A DNA stretch of 63,225 bases, the filler included, from Choristocarpus tenellus KU-1152 (lineage: Eukaryota > Protista > Phaeophyceae): the NCBI GenBank assembly GCA_964200185.2. It is 7 parts of 7 records of this genome, joined end to end, with 100 filler letters (N's around TTAATTAATTAA, not from the genome) between each part and the next. Parts side by side here need not be neighbours in the genome. Positions count along the whole stretch, not along the records: positions 1 to 4,176 come from CAXNAD020015841.1; positions 4,277 to 9,903 come from CAXNAD020010204.1; positions 10,004 to 23,168 come from CAXNAD020001564.1; 4 more parts are not named here. One strand, given 5' to 3'. Below, piece by piece: positions 1 through 13,800 of the stretch; positions within the stretch are counted from its first letter, which is position 1; every line of letters begins with the position of its first letter. The notes under the pieces were generated by a model. The model saw only the letters and a program-made list of their open reading frames with translations. It was not told the DNA's origin and made no database searches. The position numbers and the translations under genes are program-made.

Positions 1-887
1 AAAGCGACGGGGTGTGGGGGGCATTTGTGAAGTTGGCAGGGGGGGGGGGCACTGAGGGGGGGGGGGGGGGGGGGGGTATTGGTGAGAGACTTAAGCATCG
101 GGCAACATGGGATGTAATTGCAGGTAGTGTGTGTTTGTATGTGTGTATGTGTTGTGTTTCACATGTAAGTGCAAAAAATGCAGGAGGGTGGAGGAGCAGA
201 GTAGACACCTGGATTCACACTGATTGATTCATGGAACACAAGGAAGGACACTTCTTCCTGCAGCATGTGCTATCTCAAAGCAAGAACAAGACTTTGCTGT
301 TGGATACGTAACACTCTCTACTATGTACAATACCTACACAACACTAATGATTTCAACAACTACGATCCAAACTAAATCACAAAAATACTTGCACACATAC
401 ACACATACATCTACGTATCTATGCATGTTGTATATCAAGCACAAACAGGAATTTCCACCTCAGCACTTTCACCAGTCACAATAAGCTCACCACGACCCTC
501 ATCAATGTGAATCCAGCTAAAAAAACATTATCCTACACATTCACCCTTTTCTTCTATCTATTAAGAACATCAAATTACGCAATCTCTATGGATCAAAAGC
601 CATTACCAATGCTGTAAATACCCACAATTGCTTAGGAGATGTTTGAAAATAAAACTATGATCAGAAATGCAACAGTAGAGTGTAGTTCAAGTCATGAGTT
701 CAACTAGGAATCGAACAAGGAGCAGAAAACTCTTGTATCACCAGGTTACATTAATTGATATGCACTTGATCACGCATTGATCAACGAAAAGATCACTACC
801 CTAACCCTAAAAAAGAAGACAAATTTGACACCATGCTACCACCCCGATGAGAAACAAGACAATTCCAGAGAACTAGACGAAGCTAAC

Positions 888-1595
888 CTTGGCTAGCTCG
901 TTGTTGCTGAGGTTTTGAACCCCAAATCCCATGCTTGTCAGTCCTTCAATAACCACCTGGGCATCCTCATGGCTAAAGGTGGGAAAACACAAACAGACAC
1001 ACATACACACATATACACATATACACATCAGTTCCTGAACACGTAAGATTTCAAAGGAGGTATCACAAGTCATTCATTCCTCAGCACAAAAGTATCAACT
1101 ACAAACAATAACAATATCACACTTGTATACACATGAATACTCTGTCGAATCCAAATAACTTGTAAATGTACTTCAGGTCAGCCTGTAAAATCGCAATGTA
1201 CTCAATTACAACCAAATCGGTAACATAATCCTACCATGACAAAAATATTTGGCTAAATATTACTTCTTAATCTCCGATTCCAATCACTAAACATGCTGTA
1301 AGTGCGTTGCCCCAACTAGATACAACTCAGTCGCCAATGGCAGGAATACACCCATAGCCACGCCCATGCACTAGATACCATTTTTTTTTAAACCACAATA
1401 ATGTCCATGTTCAATTTCTTCTACAATAACGCCTCAGGAAGCAAACCCTTGCCCTCAGGAATGCGAAACTCCATCAAATATCCACAACCATAGCAACATT
1501 ACATACAGTCACTTCAACACTTCAACGTCATCTCATCTCTTTTCCACTTCCACAGTTGCTGATTGGCAAAGAGGGACACACACACACACACACAC

Positions 1596-1628
<33 letters not shown>

Positions 1629-2838
1629 TGCATGCATAGAGAGAGACAGAAACACACAGCTATGGGGAAGAAATCTAACCCATTCTATTACAACCTGCCA
1701 ATGTCAATGACAAGTTGGATGTTACTGCAGACCAATATTTTTGGGTCTGCAGGTTGGCATTACAGCATAAGGTATACCTTTTTCAGAGTAACCCAAACAC
1801 ATCCTGCCGTCATTGGTTTCTTTCATGGTCGTACCAGACCACCAATTAAAACCACAATGTAATGTACACGCCTACACACCTCCACAGCAGACAACAGCAA
1901 GGGCTGTGCTGCCAGAGCGAATTTATTGTTCATGAACTACTTCAAAAAGAAGAACTACATGGACCAAAAACACTTCAAAAAGAAGAAGAGAGAACAGCTC
2001 ACACAACAGTTTGCTTTCCATAACTGACATTATTTTTCTTTCATTTTTTTCAACTGTCAACAGTTTTTAAATAGGTAGTCAATGGGGAAAGTGTTCATTT
2101 TTTTATGCAAAAGAAGTGCAATACCACCTTTTAGGAAAGCTTCACTTAATCAACAAATAGACCAATATAGTGTGACTACTACTACTGTGAAATAAAGTGT
2201 TGATGGTATTTTAGGGTACACCTTGAGCCACCAACTATTCACTTCAAAGCACCGTAATAACATTCAGCCAAAACCTCATGTTTTGTTCAGCAAAACCTCG
2301 TGTTTCCCAGACAAGTTTGCAACTCCCCCAAACGCCACCGTTGCCTTCTATTTAGTCTGTTTACTTGGTACAAACACAAAAAAACCCTGCAAGTTGACTA
2401 CTCACTCAAGATGTCATCAACATTGGTTAGAAAAAGACTACTAAAAATGGGTCATTTAATTGAACAATTTAGCATCAAATACATCCACAAAAAACTAAAA
2501 AAAAAAAACAGATTTTCAATACTCACAAGTCCCCACACCACATCTCACAATAGCATCACTCCCAGAGTTGACACCCTCACCTTCCCATTTACCAAAACAA
2601 CTTCACCACAATGGGAAGGCAAGCACTCCCCCCAAAATTCCCCTTGCCCCCCCCCCCCTCTTAGTAGTCCTAAATGCACTCCTCATAATCCTCACAGATA
2701 CACCTTTGAGTTGGTTAGAACACACCTTGGACTTCCCGGTAATGCCTGGTAGCTTATGATGATGTCAGCCTCCTGTCCATCATGGTAACGGTAGCTGAAC
2801 TCAGTAACACTCCTTGGAAAGAAGACATCATAAAGCGC
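888..2838 (-). CDS. ilvA: Threonine dehydratase (biosynthetic), partial: two internal exons of the C-terminal regulatory region (2726-2838, 888-972)
   Basis: GT-AG exons join in phase 2 to give ALYDVFFPRSVTEFSYRYHDGQEADIIISYQALPGSPSHEDAQVVIEGLTSMGFGVQNLSNNELAK. This matches the IlvA regulatory-domain motifs RSVTEFNYR and DLSDxExAK. I did not find the other exons on this contig. Confidence 0.8.
1577..1627. repeat. (CA)n/(CACATA)n microsatellite in the ilvA intron
   Basis: Directly visible simple repeat. Confidence 0.9.
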
Positions 2839-3265
2839 CTGACCATACCACAACCACAACCAGGTAGGAGTGGGTATGGGGGCATGGGGGAAGGGGGAGA
2901 GAGGGGAGAGAGCGGAGGGAGTCATTTGCAGTTTGAACCCCTGGTGTGGGAGAAATCTTTCCCCTCAGAAGTAAAGGCAGCACAAAATTGGCCCTCAATC
3001 ACACACGGAAAACATAAGGTTTGACACATAATGGCATGGCGTGTATCAGCCTCCTTAATCCCTTTTCAACGGGTAGAGTATTTATCGTATCAAGAAGCAG
3101 CTTAAGACCACCAATACTTCACAACTACTACACACTCAAACAATAAAATTCAATATTTAATCATTTTAAATCGCACCCATTTTCTTTTGCCAACATGAAT
3201 AGATTAGTACAACAAGGACAAGCACACTACAAACCACCCAAATTCAATCAACTCCGTTTTGAAGC

Positions 3266-3313
<48 letters not shown>
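3266..3313. repeat. (AAT)n microsatellite
   Basis: Directly visible; it produces the poly-Y ORF at 3248..3517. Confidence 0.95.
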
Positions 3314-3315
<2 letters not shown>

Positions 3316-4176
3316 TTTCAAAAAAGAAAAAAAAACTGCTGTAAAAACACCCGATAGGAAACAAGAGCAGGAGGCTACATTCAGGGACAGACTTTTTTTT
3401 ATCTAGTGGAAAGCACAGGGGGAAAAAGCACAAAGAAATTGAACAAAGTCCTGCAACTCCCTCCCTCCCTCCCTCCCCATCAAGTGCCATTCGACTCTCT
3501 ACTAGAATTATCTGCATTAAAATAAAATATGTGCTGTCTTGAATTTAATGCATCTCTCCTTCTGCCAATGTGCCACAAGTCAATATGAAAAAATGATGGG
3601 AATTGTTCCTGAATACACAACTACCTCCCCCCCAAAATGATACCACTGGTACATAAAATAGTACAAAGCCACATCTACAAAACTAGTAAACTAAAAAACC
3701 ACAATACACACAGCTTTCCTCTCCAAAAAATATGAAACACACATACTCACTCTCACACATGGAAGATCTACACCACCAATTCTGACCATTCACCTCCCAC
3801 CATCCCACCTTACACAAAAACCTGGGTTTCCACTCTCCCTACAAGTTGTAGTGCTATGGATAGGAAAAAGTATGATGTGTAAGGTTAACCAGGTCAAAAA
3901 TCTCAGTGTACTCAACCGAATCATACATGCAGTTTGCCAATTGCCGTGGGGCTCTGTGAGCATAACACATACTCTGTGAGCAGAACGCACATACATACGC
4001 ATGAGAAAAACACCAAATAAAAAATTGCGTTCAATCATTCACTCTTAATTCATCACAATTCAATCAGACCATCACTCAATCTAACTACATTCGCAGCATT
4101 GAGAGTCCCCCTCATTGTCCCTCCAACCTCTTCACCCCCCCTCCCCCCCCCCCCCCCCCCCCCCCCGGAATGCGCC

Positions 4177-4276
4177 NNNNNNNNNNNNNNNNNNNNNNNN
4201 NNNNNNNNNNNNNNNNNNNNTTAATTAATTAANNNNNNNNNNNNNNNNNNNNNNNNNNNNNNNNNNNNNNNNNNNN
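4177..4276. other. Artificial contig linker N44-TTAATTAATTAA-N44 (also 9904-10003, 23169-23268, 25989-26088, 41579-41678, 45097-45196)
   Basis: Six identical 100-bp spacers; TTAATTAATTAA places stops in all six frames. Confidence 0.97.
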
Positions 4277-4342
4277 ACCAATAAAATCTACACTAAATCA
4301 CACCCAAAACCAACAAACCAACGCAAAGACGGGAGGAAGGAG

Positions 4343-4398
<56 letters not shown>

Positions 4399-4961
4399 AG
4401 AGACTGTCAATTTATGCATGAATGTAGGGATCAGCAAAAATTGTGGAGATAGTAGCCTACAACTACAGGCAACTCACAGCACTTCTTGCCCTTCTCTCCC
4501 TCCCCAAGAGACCATTCTTGGATCCTACTTTCTTCCCAAGTACAAGAATCAGTGATCAAACTTTTTCTGTGCTACAATTAGGTACAATGCACATGCCACA
4601 GCTCATGCACATAGGTTCTATAAGTGTATTGAGACATCTCAGCCTATCGACCTCCCCCCCCCCCTCTAGCCCTTGAAGTATTTCCTTGCCACAAGAGTGC
4701 GATGTTCATGAACAAGGGTTATGGAGGGTTAGGCCGGGGGAAGTTTAGGGTTGGGAAAAATGATTCTGCATAGCAAAGGAGGGAAAACATAAATAAATAT
4801 AATCGAGAAAACAAAATACGGTTTCTTCTACTCATGCAAAATACTTGGGCACACAGATCAATCAATCATCCTTCACCAATTTCTGAGAACAGCGATTGCA
4901 ATGGCAACCAGCCACCAGAACACCAACACAGGAGGAGAAATTTGCACACATCTCTCTAAGC

Positions 4962-7470
4962 TCAGCTGCTAGACTTCAGCAGTCTCCCAGCAACAAACGC
5001 CAGGCTTGCCACAACTGAGAGAGCAACCACTGCCTTCGACATTTGGCATCCCAACCCACTGCTGCTCCCTGTGTTGCCACCCTTACAACCTTTCCCTGTC
5101 CCCACCGTATCTTTTCCAGCCCCCTTTCCTCTCTTGCCAGCCTCCTCATAGGCAACATGGGCCAGTGTGAGGCAGCCCACCATGCCAGCGTGCTGGCCGA
5201 AGGAGGAGGGGGTGATGTACTGCTCTATGCCTGCATCCGTGGTGATAGCCGGGTGCTGGATGTAACCGTGAAGTAGCTCCTGGCAGAATTTCCTCACCTG
5301 AGATGGCGGTGAATGTGACGAGGACGAAAGAGGCAGACGGGTGAACGCGAACACAGGTTGGTGGGTGAGGCGGTGATGGTGGGAAGTGGGTAAAGTTACC
5401 AGGAAGAGGATGGGGTTAGGAAAAGTGCGTTAAGACTCGTGAGTGGTGAGTGAGTGTGCTGCACTGACACGCAAGTGTTAATCAGGATCAACTCTCTTCA
5501 GAGTAGTGAACAGGAAGACATAAAGGCAACGTACAACTGTGATGCGTTGCAACCTCCTCTGGCATGAATATACTGTAATTACAACGTGGCATATTTGAAA
5601 GAGCATCTCTTAGCAATGACACCATCCATAAAAAAAGTACCATGCAACAGCATTAACATTTAACAGTGATATTCTTGTCAAGATACTCACCATGGGATAG
5701 AGGATAGTCCGATTCATTACTCCCCCACTCAGGATTATCTTCTCAGGGGAAGCAACAAGGACCAGGCTTGCGCAGAGACCTCCCAGTGAGTGGGCAGTGG
5801 GTTCCCAGATCTTGTCATCATCTTTTAATTCCGGAAGCTTGTCCCTAGGACAGCCCTGTCTCACCACATGTGTCAAAGGGGAGTGGAAGGAGTGGGTCTT
5901 GTCTATATTATTCTGTGTATGACCTTCAGTGGAAGGCATTTCCCAAATCTTCGTAACTAAGCAGAAAGCGACACTAAGGACTGCAAACTGGGCGCTAAAG
6001 GTAGGATCTGAGAGTTGCTACTGTGTAAGGGCATTCCCCCTTCCCTCATCACCTTGATTTGTGCAAACATAGTTGTGTGTCTAACACCGCAACACAAAAC
6101 ACAAGAAACAAGAAAATGGTATGTCAAAACCTAAGGTACAGACCTTGCGGTCGGCGAGGGCCACAGTAGAAGCCAGACCTTCAATCGAACCACCTCCAAA
6201 TAGTGCATCAGCACCATCATATTTATCCCCGTGCATGCGCTGCAGGCAAAGGTGACCGGCCTCGGGATGTAGAAGGCCGTGGACAGGTGCGCCATTGATT
6301 ACAAGACCAACCCCAACGCCGGTCCCCACTGTAATGTAAGCACAGGACTTGGTGTCTTCTTTGTTGCCAGCGCCCCACTTGAAGGGAAGAAGCGAGGAGG
6401 AGGTACTGTCAGAAGAAATGAAAAGCTTGCCATACGCCGATTACAGTCCAAGTAAGAAAACCACAACATAATTTGCTCAAACGAAGAACGGAAAAACTAT
6501 GGTATCTCGCTATATTCGAAACCAGGAGCGAGTGCATTTACCATGTATTCCGCCAGAGCAGGCGCGTTAACGTCTGTGTCGAACTTGCAAGGGACGCTTC
6601 CGTCTGAAATGGATCCCACCACGTCAACATTGGCCCATCCTGGCTTTGGGGTGGTTGTGATGAAACCGTACGTTGGACTTCCCTGTTTGCCAGCAACGTG
6701 TATCGAATGAAGTTACATACTTACACACCGCAAAAAATGTAGAGATGGATCAGGGTAATAGGTTTATGTAGAACGGCGGCATTTCAGTCTGTTGTCCTGA
6801 GAGGTATTTGTGAGTGAAGAAGAAATTCGTCATGGTTTAAGTAGTTCCTACCTACCTAGTGAATGCCAAGGGCTTGAAAGCGCCTTCAACCTACCTAACG
6901 ATCCTCGAAGGGAGACACGTCTGCACTTGGCAACACACAGGGGATAAGTGCCTCTAAACTCTCAACGGTATACTACTCGGAACAGTATATCAAGCAATTC
7001 AGTCTTGAATAGAGACACAGCAACCAGGTACAAATGAACAAGAGGCCTGAAATTCACCACACCTAAAAACACAAAAAGTAAGCCACCAAAAACACCCTGT
7101 GCCCCCCACTCTAGATATAACAAACACGCACGGACTTTGGGGTAGCAATGCATCTTCGTTCGTGATTGCGATACCATGGCTAGATCTCCCAGCCGCACAT
7201 GTGAACACATTCAACAATTAACAACTAACGATGAGACCCCCATCATGCACTTCCGCCACACACCAATTTTGGGTCGACAGGTCCAAAAGTACCAATCCCC
7301 AGGCAGTCATACTTGCGCTTGCTCAGCCACTCTTTGATAATTCGTAGTTGCTCCTGGGGGTCGTCGAGGGTCTCGAAACTCTCGATCTCAGTGATATTGG
7401 TCGGGTGGCCCTCCGCTAGGGCCACTCTCCAAGTGGTCCCACCTCCCTCTACGCCTGCGTACACAACCAT
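4962..7470 (-). CDS. ROK-family fructokinase, complete, 5 exons (7264-7470, 6542-6682, 6144-6377, 5691-5855, 4962-5297), about 360 aa, with a C-terminal hydrophobic tail
   Basis: Motifs GVEGGGTTW, GIGTFGPVD, YGFITTTPKPGW, DTDVNAPALAE, YITVGTGVGVG, HPEAGH, IEGLAS and IILSGGVM. All four introns are phase-0 GT-AG and join without stops. Confidence 0.93.
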
Positions 7471-8049
7471 GATGTAGGACTCGAAGAAGTTGTTGTTTTC
7501 CTTGTTCCTCACCTTATCACCGCAATGATGAAGTATATGTGAGGAACTCTAACCGAGAATGTGAGGTTGCTTATTGTCCCGATCAAGGTTACAATTAAAA
7601 ATATTTCTGATTTGTCTGTAAAAATTAAATAAATTTCCGATTAAGGGACGGTATTATGATGGATCACTCTAGGGTGTGTGCTGCTTGTTCTATATAGAAC
7701 ATAACCTCATCTCAACGACAGTAACTACGATAAGACGTATAAAAGTTATTGTGTGTAGACAGATAGGGTATTTGACAGAAGGAGAAACAGGAAAATAGAG
7801 ATGTTCGGTTCTGCCTTTGTATACTTGGATAACTCTTCTCCTTACCTTCCTTGATTGGTGAGAACCATTGAAATTGTTGAGTTCGTACCATGGTTTAATC
7901 GAAACCCTAATTATAATTGTAGATCGTAAAACTTGATAAAGTACGGAATAATAAGAGGTCGGGAACACCTCAGTTAACAATTCGCCGTTCAACGTCCATC
8001 AAAACAGAAATGTATATTTTTTTCAGGAAGACGGCCACATGGACCGTCT

Positions 8050-9700
8050 ACATGGCCTGGCATCCATACTTGGAGAAGTAACTTGGGAGTCATAACCCAG
8101 TTAGGGAGTGAGCACTTCTGGATGGGTTTTGAGCTTCAAGGCCTCATCCCATATTACCTCATACACCACGTAGATCTCATCGTTTTAGGCAATCCAGAGC
8201 AGTTTCCTCCGGGTCTCCTCACCTATGTGGAAAACAACCACTGAAGTCTCCTACTGAACCTAACCATCTTCCATCTTCATTATCAAGGGGTAGGTAGAGA
8301 GATGTGATATCGAAATTCGGGAGAACAGGAAGGTGATCTAAATGACCCGCTCCTATTCTTCCTCACCACCTCAAAGACACTGAAGAACTTGCCCCCAGCT
8401 TTTGTTATCCTGGCGCCCTACTCCCCCAGTTTATTTTTACACTTTCTACTCAACTAAATATCAACTCGACAACCATGAAAGCATTCTGATGGCTAAAGGT
8501 GGATCACAGGGGATGGCATACTACTCACTATGGAGGAAACATACGCCTCCCTACCACAGGGCCATCAGCCTTTGCTATCACAAAGGGGATTCCTTGCCAA
8601 TGTGGGCATCAATCTCAACCCAAACACCACTGGTTCTGCAGTCCTGGCTTCACCTACTACACACACGATTTCATCAGGGGGCTGGAGAGGTCGCAGGGTT
8701 GTGTCCTTAACTATGAACCTGCATGAAGTGAAGAATAAGTCACTACATTTGCATGCCTACTCTACACCTGGTCCCTCCAGGCGGTAGCATACTCTCACCC
8801 TACTGCAACTACCAGGTCCCATCATTGAACAGTCAGACATTAAGTCTTTGTGCGTACTTGAGAAGATCATGGAAGTGGCAGACTTTCTTTGTCTGAGGTG
8901 ACCGAGCTTTTCTACAGGGTTTGGAGAAATGGGTATCTTCGCTTGCGGGCATACTACTAGATCCAAAATCAGATTCCAACTCATGTTGGAAGTTTAGGCC
9001 TGCCCTCCCTGCTCCACCACCAAGAAGTCTCTTTGGTAGGATTGCTATTAATCGCAGTAGCCACTTTTCCGACCCTTGTAGTGAGACCACAAGAGGCTTC
9101 TGAACAGGCATTGTCTGCAACCGTCTGCTAGAAACCTACTCCGCAGGCTCTGAACACATCAATCCATATGACCGCATCTGCTGCAGGCCCTGCTGATGAC
9201 CTAGCAACAATCATGGGCGAAGGCTGGGTAGAGTGGGCCAATGCAACGTCTCTTATATCATCCCCTTGTATTCTCACGATCCCGAAGGGACAAGAAGGGT
9301 CCAGCACAATCAAACACCTGCTAGATAGAGCGTTCTTAGCTCCTATTCTAACCCAGGCGACCAGTCTCCCTCCTGATCCAGTACCAGGAACAGAATATTT
9401 CGCTCTGACCCTAGTGATCCACAGAAGTGCAGGCAGGGGTTCAACTCGCGCGCAATCACACTGAAAGCAATGTACAACACGGACTTTTTCCCATGATGGG
9501 CTTTACAGCCGGTCAGTCTTAGGGTGGAGGAGACACTGCCTTCTTGCTCGATACAGAGGGCAGATTGTTGACAACAGTCATGAACACATTTCCTCTTGGG
9601 CTAGTGGATGGAAAGTGGATGGCAGTACACACCATGTTAAAACAAGTATGCAACACCTGCAGTCGACAGATGGGAGCCCATTCACCATCGTCTGGAACAT
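8050..9700 (-). mobile_element. Highly degenerate Ty3/Gypsy pol remnant
   Basis: Fragments occur in RT/RNaseH order: PSPMIVARS..IDVFR (~SPIVLVxK..IDFR), QTMP (~MPFG), RAGLNF..DFG (~AGLKL..KCxFG), PQTKKV, RFIVK (~FxxxTDH). Many stops and frameshifts; boundaries approximate. Confidence 0.5.
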
Positions 9701-9737
9701 ACGAATGGGTGCAATGCTCGATGCCATGGCTCTGTCC

Positions 9738-9903
9738 GGGTCAAAGTAACTGGGGGGGGGTGTCGGCGTCCATTTTCCACGCTTTTTCGATTTTCACTTT
9801 TTTGGTGTGGTATGGTCGCACGTGTCGGGTTTGAAATGTCAGCAAAAAAAGAGTTGTTTAACCGAAACGGACGCCCCCTCACAAACCACCTCCCCCCCCC
9901 CCC
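9738..9903 (+). mobile_element. Truncated Sola-like MITE end (related to family B) at a contig break
   Basis: Starts GGGTCAAAGTAACTGGGGGGGGG...CGTCCATTT and runs into poly-C at the linker. Confidence 0.6.
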
Positions 9904-10833
9904 NNNNNNNNNNNNNNNNNNNNNNNNNNNNNNNNNNNNNNNNNNNNTTAATTAATTAANNNNNNNNNNNNNNNNNNNNNNNNNNNNNNNNNNNNNNNNN
10001 NNNTGGTATAGTGGTTTATAAGATTTGTAAATAAAGGAGGTAAGAAACTATCTATCAATCTCTTTTTACGATTCACACAGAACAAATTAAAATAGACTGG
10101 GGCAAAGATCACAATTTGTAACTTTAAAAAAAATGTTTTTGTCGTCTCTATCCTGCCTTTCAACAGTCACAAATTTACGCCGTAAAAGTAGAGTGAACAA
10201 GTACTAGATATATCTGTATCTAATTATGCATAGATCAACAGTACCCTCACATGGCGATTTAAAAAAAAGAAGTAGTACCTCCCTGTGCCAACTCAATCAC
10301 ATGCCATCCTATCATAAGAACCGCGGTGAGCTGAGAGAGATACAAATCAACACGCCTTACAGTGGGTACGGACTGTGCCACCGCACAAATGACATGATGA
10401 TCACACGATCAAATAAGTACCTCCTGGTTCTCGTGGAAGCAAAACACCCTTCTCTAGAAGAACGGGGATTAGGGTTAGGGTTAGGGTTAAAAAAAAAAAA
10501 ACTTGAGAAAACTCTTGTGTCATCGCCTTCTAGAAGAAAGGTTGATGAGATCATAACACATACACAAACACTACATACAAGACGCACGTTCCGTTTTCGC
10601 GCACAGAGAGAACGCACAGAACTATTCATGAGAAACCTCGCTCAAGAGAGTTAAAAAGTCGATAAAAAACATTAATAAAACACACGGAAAAAAAACAAAA
10701 ACACGTAACATGGAAACGAAACATTACATTTTCATTATCAGAATAACAAAAAAGATAAGATAAAAAGGTCACTCTATATCTGTGCATCGACCGACTGCCT
10801 GCCTCGCTACCCTCCTAGCCAGCCCCCTCTCCC

Positions 10834-13800
10834 TCAGTGAAGCAACGCAGTCAGCTCCTTGAACGTACATCGATCCTCTCTACAGGCTGCCCAGCATGCC
10901 TCCATAACTTTACGGAGAAGTGGCTCTACATTGGCGGGAATCATGGGACGCGCCCCTCCACACACAGCCAGAACAATGTCAATTGGCTTCTTGAGCTTCG
11001 CCCAAGGCAGGTTCCTGGTCACAATCTCCCAGACAACGATTCCAAAGCTGTAGGCGTCGCTTGCAAAGAAAACACCTTCCTCTCTCAGGACCTCCGGTGC
11101 TAGCCAGTTTAGGGGCGCACTAGAGTTGATGCCTCGCGTGTTCCTTGCTGTAGAGGACAGGTGTTCCCTGGTTCGAATCATACCGAAATCAGCGACCTGG
11201 CATAGGGGGAAGAGGTAACAGGGTGAAGAGTTGGGGGGGAAGGGAAGGGAAGGGGAGCAACAAACAGCAATCAGATGGGCGGTGGGTCACCATCCCAAAA
11301 CAAAAACAAGGGATTGATTTGACAACCGATACAAAGCTTACGCCTTTTTCCTTTCTGACACTGTCTGGTATACAGGCCTGTCTCACACTTCCACTACAAA
11401 ACTTGGTCTGTATCTTGCAAAGGGATGGTCAGGACTCAGTTGGTCCCTCATGAAATCTCTGACTTTGAATGCACAGCCATCAATCATAATCATGATAATA
11501 TTGGTGACCAAGCGGTGAGGTTATTAGATACCCAAGAACCGTCTTAGGCCTCCAAGTGTATGTGCAACTCCCCCTGTACCCAAACCCTCCATCTGTATTA
11601 TTAAGGCAAATCTACTCAGCAGAGAGAGGTCATTAAAAAAAGAGATGGATCTTGGTTACACGACTGACTCTAATGAGAAGGGGAGAGGTATCAAGACTAA
11701 AGTAGCAAATAATTTCCTGTTTGGTTCAAAACAATCCAGCAAACCGCCAGCTACTCAAAGGTAACTAGGCAAAGAGATCTCACCAACCTTGACACCCTCT
11801 GCAATTAATATTGAGCGAGTTGAATCATTCACATCACCACACACTACCTATCAATACAATAGTCCATCTAATTCATGAAATATTAAATCCTAAACCACCC
11901 CAGAAATGCAGGTGCAGGAAGGACTCTCCCCACACAAGTTCGAGAAATATAACATGGCAACAAGAGCAGTATGAGATGCTGATAAGAGAAGTGAGGCTTT
12001 AAGAAATTCAGAAATAAAGGCATGCGTGCTCACTGCCCGTGCACACAACTTTTGTGTCCAAGAAACCCATTCATAACTCCCCAACACCATACTCTCACCT
12101 TGGCCTGGGTGGAGCCATTCAGAAGAACATTTGATGACTTGAGGTTCCCATGGATCATCCCCTTCGAATGCAGGTACTCCATTCCCGAGGCAATGTCCAA
12201 GGCAAGGCTGAATGTTAGACTGTCATCTAGTGGCTTAACACCTTTACGCAGCAGTGATCTAAGGCTCCCCCCCTCCATAAACTCAGTGAGCATAACAAGC
12301 CTCCCGGGGGACTTGGTAATAGCCCCATAGACATTTACAATATGCTCTGAACGCATTAATGTCATCGCAATCAGCTCTCTAGAGAACATCTCTAGCAATA
12401 TATCTGTAGCTGGTCGGAACGATCCGAGGGCCCTGAGGTTTGTGACCTTGGCTGCGGCCATGAATCCATTGTACTCCACAAGCTCTACCATCGTGCTGAA
12501 GTTCCCCTTGCCCAGCCAGTCAACATCATGGAAGAATGTAACGTGAACCTCCGGCACGTCTCGCTGCTCGAGCATCAGACCCTTCTTGATCTTTCTGCGA
12601 GCGGATCTACTCTCGGGGCTTCGCTGTACCTGGAAAAATAATAAGAAAAAAGAACAGAAGTACACATGCACAGGCAGCAAATGCAGCATCAGGAGCAGGA
12701 GCAGTGCTAAGCGAGCTGTGTTGTAGTACTCAACAACAGTTTTGTATACTTAAATAACAAAGAGCGCAGCGGTTTTGATCGATGATAGACTGGGTTCCAG
12801 AAGTGGCATCTTGCAGACAACAGACAGTACAGCATTACCCGTAACATATAGAGAGTTCAAACAATCCAAATATGCAGCAGAGAAAGGGATGCTGAACACA
12901 ATTCATTGAAATATTTCACTGAAATCCTCTCTCACACAGTAAAGACACAATCCTCTCAACCTTTTTGTACCAGCAAATGATGCTGAACGCCTAACACAGG
13001 GGACACATGATCACCCACCTTGAAGGATTTGGTTTTGCCTTCAACTTTCAATTGCCGTAGGGCATTTCGTAAAATGTATTCAGCCTCCGCCTGCCGCCTT
13101 CTGAACAGTGATGACTTGATTGTGCGACCTATCAGACCCTTGGATATAAAGCACTGCACAACCTGTGAGAAGATAAGAGGACGGAGGGGCAGAGAGATAA
13201 GGCCAAGATACTTAAGGTGACAGTGCCGATCTGGTGGGCTGGAGTAAGTAACACTCAGAACAAAAGCTCAAATGCAAGAGGTACAAGTGCGAAGGGGTTG
13301 GGCTCGAATGGGAAGATACTGTGGTCGTTGTGTGAAGCTACTCAGCCATTGATTTGTAAGGCATACAAAGAAATAGCAATTATGGACCGCGGAATAAAAG
13401 GATTGCACCGGCAATACAATATGCAAGACGGTAGAGAAACTATCGGAGATGACCACGACCTTCAACCCAAACTTCAACCCAAACTTGGAAGCATGGTAAG
13501 CTCCAAAGTCTCTTAGTGGAAGTGAACCTCTGAAGCATGACCGTGAACTGGTCCAGATTCGTATTACTGTACAAACAGCGTGCACGCACAAACCAAATCA
13601 GGGACGGTGAAAATACCACCATACTTCATAGATAAAACAAATCTTCTCCATTTGTCATGTGGCAAGGAGCTGAAGCACGAAGATAGTCGGTCAACTAATC
13701 GGGGCGTAGGTAGTGTTCAAACAAATCAAATGAGATGCTGCCATTACCTTGACGAGCTCTTCAATAGAGGAGTGCACCTCTTCCAAAAAGTCCAGCATCA

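Noticed and set aside
4221-4232. TTAATTAATTAA as a biological palindrome or recombination site
   Set aside because: It is always centred in exactly 44+44 Ns, so it is an assembly linker.
10468-10488. (TTAGGG)3 as a telomere
   Set aside because: Only about three internal units; too short and not at a contig end.
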